From Candidatus Dojkabacteria bacterium (GTDB taxonomy: Bacteria > Patescibacteriota > Dojkabacteria > J137): DNA of 39,041 bases. The notes below the pieces were generated by a model. That model did not search any database. It was not told where the DNA came from and worked only from the letters and a program-made list of their open reading frames with translations. Shown here piece by piece: positions 1 to 9,675 of this stretch (positions are counted from its first letter, which is position 1; each line of letters opens with the position of its first letter). Location of the stretch: assembly GCA_937944235.1 (NCBI GenBank), contig CALDYZ010000031.1:1-39041 (forward strand), written 5' to 3'. Both the position numbers and the translations under genes were made by a program.

Positions 1-2
1 AC

Positions 3-1994
3 TCAGGAGGTGTTGTAGTTAATGAGTGTACTACTGATTCGACAGCAGGTAGCGGTTTTTATTGTGATGCAGGAATAAAAAGGCCACAAAAGGATGTAGG
101 AGGGAGTTGTAACAGAGACGCTATGTGTAAATCAGGCTTAATTTGTTTATTGTTTGGATGTAGAGTACCTGTATCTGATTCTAATCCTAATCCTCCAGGT
201 TCATGCGCTACACCAGATGGAAGAAGGGTTGCTAATGGACAATTTTATTGTATTCCTGGCGCACCTGTTAATGGAAGTGCAAGGCTTTGTAGTAATGGAG
301 TCCTAGGTGAACCAACAATAGCAGATGCATGTGCTCCACAGATAGGTTCGAGCAACTCATGCGCAAATATAAATACTTTTAGTGGAGGTGAGCCTAGTAG
401 AGGTAGGTTTGTAGGATGCAGTGGCAATTTGAATTGTTTTTGTCCTCATAGAAGTAATTCTCCTGGGAGCTTATTTTCATCTAATGATCAAAATGTTTCT
501 CCAATATGCGTAGATGATCCTGGGAACGATTCATGCGGTGCAGGGCCAAGGTCAATAATACCACCACCTCCACCTTCATTGCCACCACCGCCACAATCAC
601 CACCGCCACAATCATCGCCGCCACCACCACCGCCACCTCCTCCAAATCCATATTGTGGCGATGCAGTGTGTCATACAGATGAAAGGTGTGAAAGAGTCTC
701 ACCGGGTTCAAGTACTTACAGAGCATGTACCAGTATAGGTTCAGCTCCAACTGGACCAATAGTCAGTGATTGTTATGGAATAAACTTCAACCAACCTGTA
801 GCTGCAACAACATGCAAATATTGTGGAGATGGAATATTTACACCAGGCAGTGAACAATGCGATCCAACAGCACCACCAGGCAATGGAAACAATCCAAGTA
901 ACTGTAACTCGAACTGTCAATTAATAACAATATCACAAACTTGTATAGACCTAGAAGAGAATGGACCAGATCCCATAGCATCAGGAGCAGGAAATATAGT
1001 ACAATATATATTGACATATCAAAATCCAGCAACAACAAATCCATATCCAAACATTAGGTTAGCAGTAGGAACGTTTAGTAGTCCAGTAGGAAGAGATGCA
1101 CTAAACACATCACAATCACTAGTAGCACCATCGACAACACCAGTATTTAACAGTCTAACAAATCAATGGACGTACACATTTATATGGGAGGCAACTTCAC
1201 CTACGAATATACCAGTAGCCAATGGAACATATGATGTTAGAGTATACTTAGATGGGACAGCAGCAGGAATAATATCAACACCAACACAATGTCTAGAAAC
1301 GATCACAGTACAATCAACTGCACCACAAAGTCCATTGTTTACAATAATAAAGAATTCATCATTGATCTGTCTAGATAATGGGGATGCAAGAATAAGTTAT
1401 ACGATAAACGTAGGAAACATAGGACCAGTCAATGGTACAATAGATTTTGTTATAGATGATTTAGATGTAAGTTTAGTAGGAGCAGGAATAACACCAACAA
1501 ACATAAACCCTGGGTATGGAACATACGACTCATCTTTAGGAATAATAACATGGACAGGCACAGTAGCAGACAGAACATATGCGCCCAATCAATCGAGGAA
1601 CTTTACATATACAATAACAATACCAGCAGAAGATTTACTGTTGTTTTATAACCTAGGAGTAGAGAACTTAGCCACAATGCAGTACGATACGCCATCAACT
1701 AACGATATATCGGTAAGTTACCAACTATTGACAGACATTACATGTAGAATAAATGGAATACCGATAACAAACATAGATAAAAATTTGAAGACGATATTAT
1801 TAGGATGTTTAGTAATCATGATGGGAGTATTTATATTTTTAACAGAAGCAGGAAGGAGGTCATCAGTTTTGTTTTATAATCTAACTGTAAACAATACAAT
1901 AGAAATGATGAAGGGTTTAATTATCCCAGGATATAAATATCAAGCAGGAATTGAAAAAGTTTTTAAGAAAAAATTTGATAAGCAAAATCAGTAA
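3..1994 (+). CDS. Large Cys-rich surface protein, 5'-truncated by the window: Cys-rich region, poly-Pro linker, CGD(G)-type Cys repeats, Ig-like/DUF11-like domains, C-terminal TM anchor
   Basis: The frame of ORF 123..1994 is open back to base 3 (SGGVVVNECTTDSTAG...), so the true start is upstream. YCGDAVC and YCGDGIF...EQCD motifs; K..S...ISYTINVGNIG DUF11-like motif; hydrophobic segment ILLGCLVIMMGVFIFL followed by a basic tail. Confidence 0.8.
   Translation, partial: SGGVVVNECTTDSTAGSGFYCDAGIKRPQKDVGGSCNRDAMCKSGLICLLFGCRVPVSDSNPNPPGSCATPDGRRVANGQFYCIPGAPVNGSARLCSNGVLGEPTIADACAPQIGSSNSCANINTFSGGEPSRGRFVGCSGNLNCFCPHRSNSPGSLFSSNDQNVSPICVDDPGNDSCGAGPRSIIPPPPPSLPPPPQSPPPQSSPPPPPPPPPNPYCGDAVCHTDERCERVSPGSSTYRACTSIGSAPTGPIVSDCYGINFNQPVAATTCKYCGDGIFTPGSEQCDPTAPPGNGNNPSNCNSNCQLITISQTCIDLEENGPDPIASGAGNIVQYILTYQNPATTNPYPNIRLAVGTFSSPVGRDALNTSQSLVAPSTTPVFNSLTNQWTYTFIWEATSPTNIPVANGTYDVRVYLDGTAAGIISTPTQCLETITVQSTAPQSPLFTIIKNSSLICLDNGDARISYTINVGNIGPVNGTIDFVIDDLDVSLVGAGITPTNINPGYGTYDSSLGIITWTGTVADRTYAPNQSRNFTYTITIPAEDLLLFYNLGVENLATMQYDTPSTNDISVSYQLLTDITCRINGIPITNIDKNLKTILLGCLVIMMGVFIFLTEAGRRSSVLFYNLTVNNTIEMMKGLIIPGYKYQAGIEKVFKKKFDKQNQ
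561..643 (+). repeat. Low-complexity Pro-rich coding repeat (CCA/CCG runs, tandem ccaccgccacaatca)
   Basis: Encodes PPPPPSLPPPPQSPPPQSSPPPPPPPPP. Confidence 0.9.
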
Positions 1995-2151
1995 TAAAGA
2001 TCGTTGATCCCAAGCTAACTCTCACAACAAGGATGGACTCATCTAAAGACAAAACTTGATATATGTTTAATGACAGAGGAAGTATGATTTCTAGTTAGTA
2101 GTTGCTTTTACTAGATTTCGTTCATAAACTCTTTGTTCATTGGTTCATTTT

Positions 2152-2160
2152 TGTTATCAT
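2152..2160 (+). promoter_or_regulatory. Extended -10 element (TGtTATCAT) 6 nt before the murE ATG
   Basis: TG-n-TANNNT match; spacing would put +1 at the ATG at 2167. Confidence 0.4.
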
Positions 2161-2166
2161 TATCTT

Positions 2167-3744
2167 ATGATAACCTATACAAATAAACTTACAAAACTAT
2201 TTGAAAAATTTCCATTTTTTTATTCACCATATGTCTTGCCTGATGTTCATATTACCGGAATAGCAATAGACAGTCGTAAGGTTTTGCCTGGTAATTTGTT
2301 TGTAGCGATGAGAGGGCACACTACAGATGGGCACAAATACATAAAGAATGCAGTAGATAAGGGGGCTGCTGCTGTAGTGGGAGAATATGCATCTGATGAA
2401 TTATCTGTACCATTCATAAAAGTTGAGAATTCAAGACAAGCTCTGACGCACTTAGCAGCTGCGTTTTATGGATATCCTGGAAATAACCTAACAGTTATTG
2501 GCGTAACCGGTACTGATGGAAAAACGACAACCAGTCACTTAATCTATAATATTTTACTTGAGGCAGGACACAAAGTTGGGATGATTAGTACCGTAAATGC
2601 GATTATAGGTGATGAAATAATTGACACAGGTTTTCATGTCACAACGCCTGACGCTCATGACGTACAATTATATTTAGCTAGAATGGTTGATAAAGGGGTA
2701 AAATATGTTGTTCTAGAAACTACCTCTCATGGTCTAGCACAGTATCGAACAGACGCTGCTGAATACGATATTGGAGTTGTAACGAATATAACACATGAAC
2801 ATTTAGATGAACATGGTAGCTATGAAAATTATCGCGCTGCTAAAGGTCGATTGTTTACGCTTCTTTCTGAAACCCCATCTAAGCCTCACGGCAACATTCG
2901 TTTGGGTGTTCTTAACTATGATGATACATTATCATATGAGTATCTACATCAAATTACCTCAACCGCTCAAATTTCTTATGGTCTTGATCCTAAAGCAGAT
3001 ATTCGTGCTGAAAAAATAATATTTAGTCCTAATGGAATCACATTCCATGCCATTTCTAAGGATTTTAATGTGCAGGTAAAAAGCACACTTGTGGGGAACT
3101 ATAATGTTTGTAACTGTTTAGCTGCTATTAGTGCTACTGTTAATGGAATTGGTATTTCACCTGAAATTGCAGCAAGAGGTATATCAAATTTAGTTGGTAT
3201 TCCTGGTAGAATGGAACGAATCAATATGGGGCAAAATTTTACTGCAATTGTAGACTTTGCGCATACTCCGAATGCCTTGAAAGTTACTTTAGAGACAGCA
3301 AGAAAGATGACTAATAAAAGAGTGATTGTAGTTTTTGGCTCAGCTGGCCTGCGGGACAAAGCAAAACGCCGAATGATGTCAGAGGTTGCGGTAGATCTTG
3401 CGGACGTTTCAATCTTAACTGCCGAAGACCCACGCACCGAGTCTTTAAATGAAATTCTTGCAGAGATGGCTGCTGGAGCAGAGTCTCGTGGTGGTGTTAA
3501 AGGACAATCATTTTATATTATTCGAGACAGAGGAGAAGCAATTCGTTTTGCTGTTAAATTGGCACAAGAAGGTGACATAGTTCTGGCCTGTGGCAAAGGA
3601 CACGAGCAATCAATGTGCTTTGGTATAACGGAATATTTATGGGATGATCGAGTGGCTATGCGAGCAGCACTTTCAGATTTATTGAGAGTGCCAGGTCCGT
3701 CAATGCCATATTTGCCCACTCAAGATGGTATTTATGTAGATTGA
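2167..3744 (+). CDS. murE: UDP-N-acetylmuramoyl-dipeptide--amino acid ligase MurE (intact, three domains)
   Basis: DSRKV...DGH N-domain, GVTGTDGKTT P-loop, ETTSH, TNITHEHLD, DFAHTP, EDPR, GKGHE. ATG 2167 preferred over TTG 2140. Confidence 0.93.
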   Translation: MITYTNKLTKLFEKFPFFYSPYVLPDVHITGIAIDSRKVLPGNLFVAMRGHTTDGHKYIKNAVDKGAAAVVGEYASDELSVPFIKVENSRQALTHLAAAFYGYPGNNLTVIGVTGTDGKTTTSHLIYNILLEAGHKVGMISTVNAIIGDEIIDTGFHVTTPDAHDVQLYLARMVDKGVKYVVLETTSHGLAQYRTDAAEYDIGVVTNITHEHLDEHGSYENYRAAKGRLFTLLSETPSKPHGNIRLGVLNYDDTLSYEYLHQITSTAQISYGLDPKADIRAEKIIFSPNGITFHAISKDFNVQVKSTLVGNYNVCNCLAAISATVNGIGISPEIAARGISNLVGIPGRMERINMGQNFTAIVDFAHTPNALKVTLETARKMTNKRVIVVFGSAGLRDKAKRRMMSEVAVDLADVSILTAEDPRTESLNEILAEMAAGAESRGGVKGQSFYIIRDRGEAIRFAVKLAQEGDIVLACGKGHEQSMCFGITEYLWDDRVAMRAALSDLLRVPGPSMPYLPTQDGIYVD

Positions 3745-4261
3745 TATATTTATAACTTCAGTTATAAAGAGAATACTAATTTATCACATAATTATCTAAT
3801 TAAATAAATGCTTATCTCATCACGATTACTTGATAGAGATCTTATTAAAGCTAGTTTAATTTTTAAAACTTGATTTTTTTAAAAATGCTCAATTCATGGA
3901 TAGATAAAATGTAAGATGTTGTGATATTTGAAAAAGATTGTTTAGCTATGTTGGAAGAACTTAAGTAAATATGATAAACAAACAGTACAAATTTTAGTGA
4001 TACCATTATTTAAAACTTAAACTTAAATGAAGAAAAAGTTCATTAAACAAGGGATGATTGATGTATACAAAGTTAAAGATAAGTTATCTGCTAAATTTTG
4101 TAAGAGAATAAATTTTGGTAATGCCTCTTGTCCTGCTATTCTGTGTAAAAAACTGGTTTAGTCACACTGGCAGTGATATTAAATTTGCATAAAAAACTCA
4201 GGATATTTTTAGCAAGCTTGGCTAAATAGCTTAATTTTTTTATAAGTCAAAAATTTATTTT

Positions 4262-5686
4262 TTAGCAAAAATTGTGTATATATTTGTCAATATCGAACTT
4301 TCTTCTTAAACCCTCATAGCTCATGTATCTTAGGTTTCCAAATATAGGTCTTTCAAACCAAGGTCTATCATGTATACCTACTATACTCCACATAATTCCA
4401 GTATAACCATTTGAATCTGTTCCATCTAGTTCATACATATCGTTTAATTTTATAGCGTATTCAATTGCACTTTCAACATCTGGAGTCCATTCTAAAATTT
4501 TCTTTGCCCAGTACATTCGCATGTAACCATGCATTTTCCCAGTTGTTATCATTTCGTTTTGACAAGCGTTCCATGCTTCATCATGGGTTCTTGCACTTTC
4601 TAGTTGATCAAATCCGTAAATATATTCTCTTTTATCGTACTTGTGTTTTTCTATATTTTTTTTTGACCAATCTTTGGCGCAATTTTTATTGTTATAGTTT
4701 GGATTGTAAAAACAAAAATTGTCGGCTAATTCTCTTCTGACGATTATTTCTTCTAAAAAGGCTAGTACTGATCTTTTTTCTTCAGAAAAATTTTTGTTTT
4801 CTGGTTTTATTAAGTCAGTAAAATCAATATTCATTCCAAATTTATTAGCTATTGAGACGCAATTTAAGACTACTCTTAGTGAGCTAATTTGTCCAAAGTG
4901 CAAGTATGGACTAAGACCGGATTGAGCTTGTATTGTTGGATTGTTTTTTAATTCTAAGTACTTAAATATCTTGTTATTCAAAAATTCATTCATTACGTCA
5001 TTTGCAGTTTTGTAGCCCGATATAGGTAAATTTTGAATACGGTTTGGATAAAATTTTTTTACAATATTTTCTATTTTTTCCCAATCATTATTGTTATTTA
5101 CATTACGAAAATTAGGAAAATCATCAGTAAAGTCATCAACCACAAATTTATCCAGTAATTTCACTATTTTAGGTCTGAATGTAGATGCCTGATATTCTTC
5201 TTTTGTAGATGATATCCAAACAGGCACAATATTTCTAGAATCTACCTCATATACTGGAAGATTTGTTAGTTGACCGATGTTTTCATTAAGATTTCTAGGG
5301 CCTTTTAATACGTGACAATCCAAATAAATTGAGTCAGGTCTATATTTTAGCGCCTCTTTTGATATCTGATCTGATTTATTTATTTGATCGATTATATTTA
5401 CAATAAATTGTACTCCTAAGTTGTTGAGTATTTTTTCGATAGATTTTAAATTATCTATCATCCACAGTATTTGATTTTGTGATCTCAATTTTATATCTGT
5501 ATAGAGATTAAAAATAACTATTGGAACTAAATTTTTGTTTTTTGCGTGTAAAAGTAGTGCTTTAATACCGTAATTATCATTTACCCTTTGTTCTCTAGAC
5601 ATTATATATATGACAGATTTAGGGTTGATAGGGTATGAACAGTTATTGATTTTTCGTATTCTAAGTTTAAAATTAAACTCACTCAT
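4262..5686 (-). CDS. phrB: Class II CPD deoxyribodipyrimidine photolyase
   Basis: SGLSPYLHFGQIS, RRELADNF, THDEAWNACQ...GKMHGYMRMYWAKKILEW and ERPIFG..RYM are class II photolyase motifs. Confidence 0.95.
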   Translation of the reverse strand: MSEFNFKLRIRKINNCSYPINPKSVIYIMSREQRVNDNYGIKALLLHAKNKNLVPIVIFNLYTDIKLRSQNQILWMIDNLKSIEKILNNLGVQFIVNIIDQINKSDQISKEALKYRPDSIYLDCHVLKGPRNLNENIGQLTNLPVYEVDSRNIVPVWISSTKEEYQASTFRPKIVKLLDKFVVDDFTDDFPNFRNVNNNNDWEKIENIVKKFYPNRIQNLPISGYKTANDVMNEFLNNKIFKYLELKNNPTIQAQSGLSPYLHFGQISSLRVVLNCVSIANKFGMNIDFTDLIKPENKNFSEEKRSVLAFLEEIIVRRELADNFCFYNPNYNNKNCAKDWSKKNIEKHKYDKREYIYGFDQLESARTHDEAWNACQNEMITTGKMHGYMRMYWAKKILEWTPDVESAIEYAIKLNDMYELDGTDSNGYTGIMWSIVGIHDRPWFERPIFGNLRYMSYEGLRRKFDIDKYIHNFC

Positions 5687-6303
5687 AAAGTACCATTTCT
5701 TTTTTTTGTAAAGAAAATCATCAAAGCCCAGAAACTACTGAAAATTATAAATATACCAATTAAGGATATAGCAGCACCAAAAACATCTTCTCCTAAAGAT
5801 GAAATAAAACCCATTAATAATCCAAACAATATCATACATAAACTCATTATGGTATCGTATGCGGCATAGCTCATCCCTTCATGGCCTTTTGGAAGATGTT
5901 TGGCAAATAACTTACGCCAATTAACAATATTCAAAGCACCTCCAAGTCCAACTAAGAACATACCTATGTAGTAAAGAATAGGAGTTGTTATGATTGGTAA
6001 AAGTACGTAAGGTAATCCCATCAAGACGTTACCCAAACTCAAAAACATTATGTCGTCTTTATCTGTTTTTAATTTGTCAGCAACGTAACCTATAGGAATT
6101 TGAAAAAAACCCTTTGCAAAGTTAAAACAAGCAACTCCAATGCCTACTATTTCTAATGTAGAATCTCCAAATTTTGTAGATAGATATATTCCTATAAATG
6201 ATGTGATTACAATGTATAGCCCCCAGGTAAAAACATCAGACATTGTTAAAAACCAAAGAATTTTATTTAATCCAATGTTTTTTATATTAAAAATTTTACT
6301 CAT
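5683..6303 (-). CDS. Half-size (about 6 TM) MFS-type transporter
   Basis: 206 aa, about six hydrophobic segments, motif-A-like QIPIGYVADKL; overlaps the photolyase start by 4 nt. Confidence 0.75.
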   Translation of the reverse strand: MSKIFNIKNIGLNKILWFLTMSDVFTWGLYIVITSFIGIYLSTKFGDSTLEIVGIGVACFNFAKGFFQIPIGYVADKLKTDKDDIMFLSLGNVLMGLPYVLLPIITTPILYYIGMFLVGLGGALNIVNWRKLFAKHLPKGHEGMSYAAYDTIMSLCMILFGLLMGFISSLGEDVFGAAISLIGIFIIFSSFWALMIFFTKKRNGTL

Positions 6304-6520
6304 AATTCACAAATCGCAATGATGTAACTACACATTTTAGATCAAAAATATTTTAACACAATTAATTTCATTTATTCACCTGTGAATTCTTTTATTATCA
6401 CAAGATCAAAAATGCAGTAACTAAAAAAATAACTTTTCTATTGCAATTTATATCAATTTTAAACTTCGACAATTAATTTTTAATCATCTGAGCTTAGTTG
6501 TGAATGCAAAAACTATTTAT

Positions 6521-6529
6521 TGATATAAT
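6521..6529 (+). promoter_or_regulatory. Extended -10 promoter (TGaTATAAT) for the ECF sigma gene
   Basis: Perfect TGnTATAAT ending 21 nt before ATG 6551. Confidence 0.55.
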
Positions 6530-6550
6530 TGTTTTAATATATAGATTTTT

Positions 6551-7114
6551 ATGGATCAGTCTTTAGTACCAACAGATATATCAAAACATTTGTCTAAAGA
6601 ATTTTTATCTAATTTTTACTCTGAAAATGTAAATAGGATCTATAAATTCTTCCTTTACAAAGTAGGTATAAAGCACGTTGCGGAAGACTTAACATCCGAA
6701 ACTTTTATGATGTTCGTAGAGCATTTTAAGAAGAATTCTAATACTATTAACAATTTACAAGGATTTTTGTTTGGTATAGCCAACAATGTTTTTAAAAAGT
6801 ATTTGCAAGACAAGTACAAAAAAGAGTTTTTAATCTCAAGTTTTTTTGATGATGAGATTAATTTTGTCGAACATTTTGTAGAAGAAGATTTGCAAAGTAA
6901 ATCATACGAAGAAATTCTGATTAAATTTTTACCTAGAATACCAAAGAAACAAAGACAAATTTTGTCTATGAGATTTTTAGATAAATTGAGTTTATCTGAG
7001 ATAGCAAAATTATTAAATAAAAATATGAACTATGTAAAAACTACTCAAAAAAGGGCATTTACGAGTATTAGACGAGCCATAGAGCTTGACAGAGGTACAC
7101 TCAATGATTACTAA
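6551..7114 (+). CDS. ECF-type sigma-70 factor
   Basis: Region 2 (AEDLTSETF...FLFGIANN) and region 4 (QRQILSMRF...LSLSEIAKLL...VKT...RA); 187 aa. Confidence 0.92.
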   Translation: MDQSLVPTDISKHLSKEFLSNFYSENVNRIYKFFLYKVGIKHVAEDLTSETFMMFVEHFKKNSNTINNLQGFLFGIANNVFKKYLQDKYKKEFLISSFFDDEINFVEHFVEEDLQSKSYEEILIKFLPRIPKKQRQILSMRFLDKLSLSEIAKLLNKNMNYVKTTQKRAFTSIRRAIELDRGTLNDY

Positions 7115-7136
7115 ATAATTGAAGCATTTACTAATT

Positions 7137-8312
7137 ATGATGAGTAAATATACAAAAGAAGAAAAAGAATTTTTGCAGTCAATAGATATGCAACATGTAT
7201 CTATTGATAAGAGATTTAGCGAGAATTTACGAAAAAAATTTATAAAAAAATACTTAAAAGAGGTTCTAAATAAAAAAGATAAGTTCACCTTGATAAGTTA
7301 TTTTATGTATGGAGGTTTTACAACTCTTTTGATAATTGTATTTTCACTATTAATGTACTTTACCACTAATATTAAAAACATAAATATAAATCAAGAATCT
7401 AGTAACTTGATAAAATCTGAAAACATAAATAACAAAACACAATCAACTAATGAAGGTTTAAATATTTCGTTTTATGCTCCTATTGAAAAATATTCAGACG
7501 TAGTACATTACATAGATACACTGCATTCAATTCACAATATAGAAGTTTTAAGAAAAAAACTCTTGGATTTTTATTTATATAAAAACGAATTACAACCTAT
7601 TTCATATTCTATATCGAATAATTCTCTAATTGTCAATGTTAGTGCAAAATTTAATCAAAATATTATATGTTTAGAGGACAACATAGATTATCAATTTACA
7701 CTATTAATAAAAGATGAATTGTATTTAGAACATTTACAAACAAATGAAGATAACATATTGAGTGTTTCTAAACTTGATTCAGATTTTTTTTACTTGAATG
7801 AAAAGTATAAGTACGACACTAAATTCCTAAAGATAAAAAATAGTATAAACTCTTTTGGAGAATTCAGAAAAGCTCCGTTATCATATCTAAAGTCAATAGA
7901 TTTTAAGTATAGTATAGAGGACATAGAGAAAATTATTAAACCTACAACATTTGTACAAGACTCTTTGGTCACCCTAGAAATAGACAAAGTTTATGAGTGT
8001 GTGAGTGATAAACAGCATAAGTACAAATTATCTTTGCTTTGGGACATAGATAAAAATATCATCAAAAAAATATTCTATAGAACAGTTACAGAAAATCAAC
8101 AAGAAGAAATGAATTTATTGACTTTAGAAATTGAGGATGAAATTATTAATGATGAAGGTTTATCAGATTTAGTTTATGGGAGTGCTTTGGTAAATTTTGA
8201 TACTATGGAAGAATCATCAGTGTTAGGTATGTTTACTATTATTGAAAATATGAGAAGCGAGTTAACAAAGAAATATTTAAAATTAATCTTAGGTTCTGAA
8301 TCTATCAGATAG
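7137..8312 (+). CDS. Single-pass membrane protein, putative anti-sigma factor
   Basis: Directly downstream of the ECF sigma; short cytoplasmic N-terminus (F.ENLRKKF), one TM, large external domain. Start could be 7119, 7137 or 7140. Confidence 0.6.
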   Translation: MMSKYTKEEKEFLQSIDMQHVSIDKRFSENLRKKFIKKYLKEVLNKKDKFTLISYFMYGGFTTLLIIVFSLLMYFTTNIKNININQESSNLIKSENINNKTQSTNEGLNISFYAPIEKYSDVVHYIDTLHSIHNIEVLRKKLLDFYLYKNELQPISYSISNNSLIVNVSAKFNQNIICLEDNIDYQFTLLIKDELYLEHLQTNEDNILSVSKLDSDFFYLNEKYKYDTKFLKIKNSINSFGEFRKAPLSYLKSIDFKYSIEDIEKIIKPTTFVQDSLVTLEIDKVYECVSDKQHKYKLSLLWDIDKNIIKKIFYRTVTENQQEEMNLLTLEIEDEIINDEGLSDLVYGSALVNFDTMEESSVLGMFTIIENMRSELTKKYLKLILGSESIR

Positions 8313-8491
8313 TTTTTGTAACTCGATAGTTCTGATCTATAAATCTAATTGATAACATAATACATTTTTTCGCTGAATGGTTTACCAAAATGTGAATTAT
8401 GTTGCTGCTTCATCAAGGTCGGTGTTTCTGTCAACATGATTGTTAGTTCAAAAATTGTAGTATAATGTGTATTCAAATTTAAAGTTACAAT

Positions 8492-9328
8492 ATGATTGAA
8501 GCTTTTTTGATAGGTATTATTCAAGGTTTAACAGAGTTTATTCCTATATCAAGTTCTGCTCATGTATATTTATTACCAAAAATTTTTGGATTTAGTTCTC
8601 CAAGCACTGATTTTATTATAGCTACACATTTAGGTACGTTATTAGCTTTAATTATCTACTTCAGAAAAAAATTAAGAACTTATTTTTTATCATTACTTAA
8701 GCAAGTTTTAAAGAGAAAAATTAAGTTTAGAGACAGGGAAAACATAAATATTCTTAATCTAGTTTTTGTTGCAACCATACCAACCTTAGTTTTAGGTTTT
8801 TTACTAAATTTTTTTGTTGAAGATTTGTATGATGAAGTTTTAAAAGATAATAAAATTTCCTTGTTAGTAGTTGCAGTTCCTATGTTGCTTGTGGGTCTCT
8901 TTTTTTTATTTGAAAAAAGTTTGTTCAAGAAGAATAAAAAATCTATACAGGATATTAGACTTTTAGGTGCTTTACTGATTGGTTTTAGTCAATCTATTGC
9001 TTTCATAAGAGGTGTATCTAGGTCAGGCATTACTTTGCTAAGTGGGCAATTCGTTGGTATGAATAGAGTCTCTGCCGCTGAATTTAGTTTTCTAGTGAGT
9101 ATACCAGTTATTTTTGCTTCTATCTTGTTTTCCATTATTAATATAATTACTGCAAATAAGGATTTTGATCTCGGAATATGGTTAATTGGTATTATCTCTT
9201 CTTTTGTTGCTGGTTATGTAGCTATAGATTTCTTAATTAAATTCTTAAGGCACAAAAGCCTAAAAGTATTTGGCATTTACAGGATAATCGCTGGCTTGAT
9301 ATTAATATTACTTTATTTTATACAATAG
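8492..9328 (+). CDS. uppP: Undecaprenyl-diphosphatase UppP/BacA
   Basis: GIIQGLTEFIPISSSAH, HLGTLLA, GVSRSGIT, AAEFSFL, FGIYR. Confidence 0.96.
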   Translation: MIEAFLIGIIQGLTEFIPISSSAHVYLLPKIFGFSSPSTDFIIATHLGTLLALIIYFRKKLRTYFLSLLKQVLKRKIKFRDRENINILNLVFVATIPTLVLGFLLNFFVEDLYDEVLKDNKISLLVVAVPMLLVGLFFLFEKSLFKKNKKSIQDIRLLGALLIGFSQSIAFIRGVSRSGITLLSGQFVGMNRVSAAEFSFLVSIPVIFASILFSIINIITANKDFDLGIWLIGIISSFVAGYVAIDFLIKFLRHKSLKVFGIYRIIAGLILILLYFIQ

Positions 9329-9376
9329 GTTATTTTAATAACAGTACAGATTAAAAAAAACTTTAGTTCCTTGGGT

Positions 9377-9634
9377 TTAAGATTTAAAAATATACTTCAT
9401 TATAACGTAGTAAACTCCAGGAGTTAAAATAGCAGCCAGCACGATCGAGTCTATAATTCTTGCTAGAAACCCTACAAAACCACTTAAGTCGGTGAGATTT
9501 ATAGGAAAACCATAAAGGAACCCGCCCTTTACAGCTTCGATTATAGTAAAATGATAAACAATGGAAAAAACCATTGATATTATGAAGCTAAAAGTTCCAT
9601 ACTCTCTAACTTTAGGGTCTATATTATCAAACAT
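9377..9634 (-). CDS. Small two-TM membrane protein
   Basis: 85 aa with two hydrophobic segments; last gene of the gatB minus-strand run. Confidence 0.7.
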   Translation of the reverse strand: MFDNIDPKVREYGTFSFIISMVFSIVYHFTIIEAVKGGFLYGFPINLTDLSGFVGFLARIIDSIVLAAILTPGVYYVIMKYIFKS

Positions 9635-9675
9635 AGTCTATAAAAATTAACTTTCAAGATAAGTTTCTAATTATT

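Noticed and set aside
8394-8441. Hairpin with CAG...AAGCAGC on the minus strand resembling SRP RNA domain IV
   Set aside because: It lacks the CAGG-stem-GNRA arrangement; it may be only a terminator-like stem or part of a 30-codon ORF.
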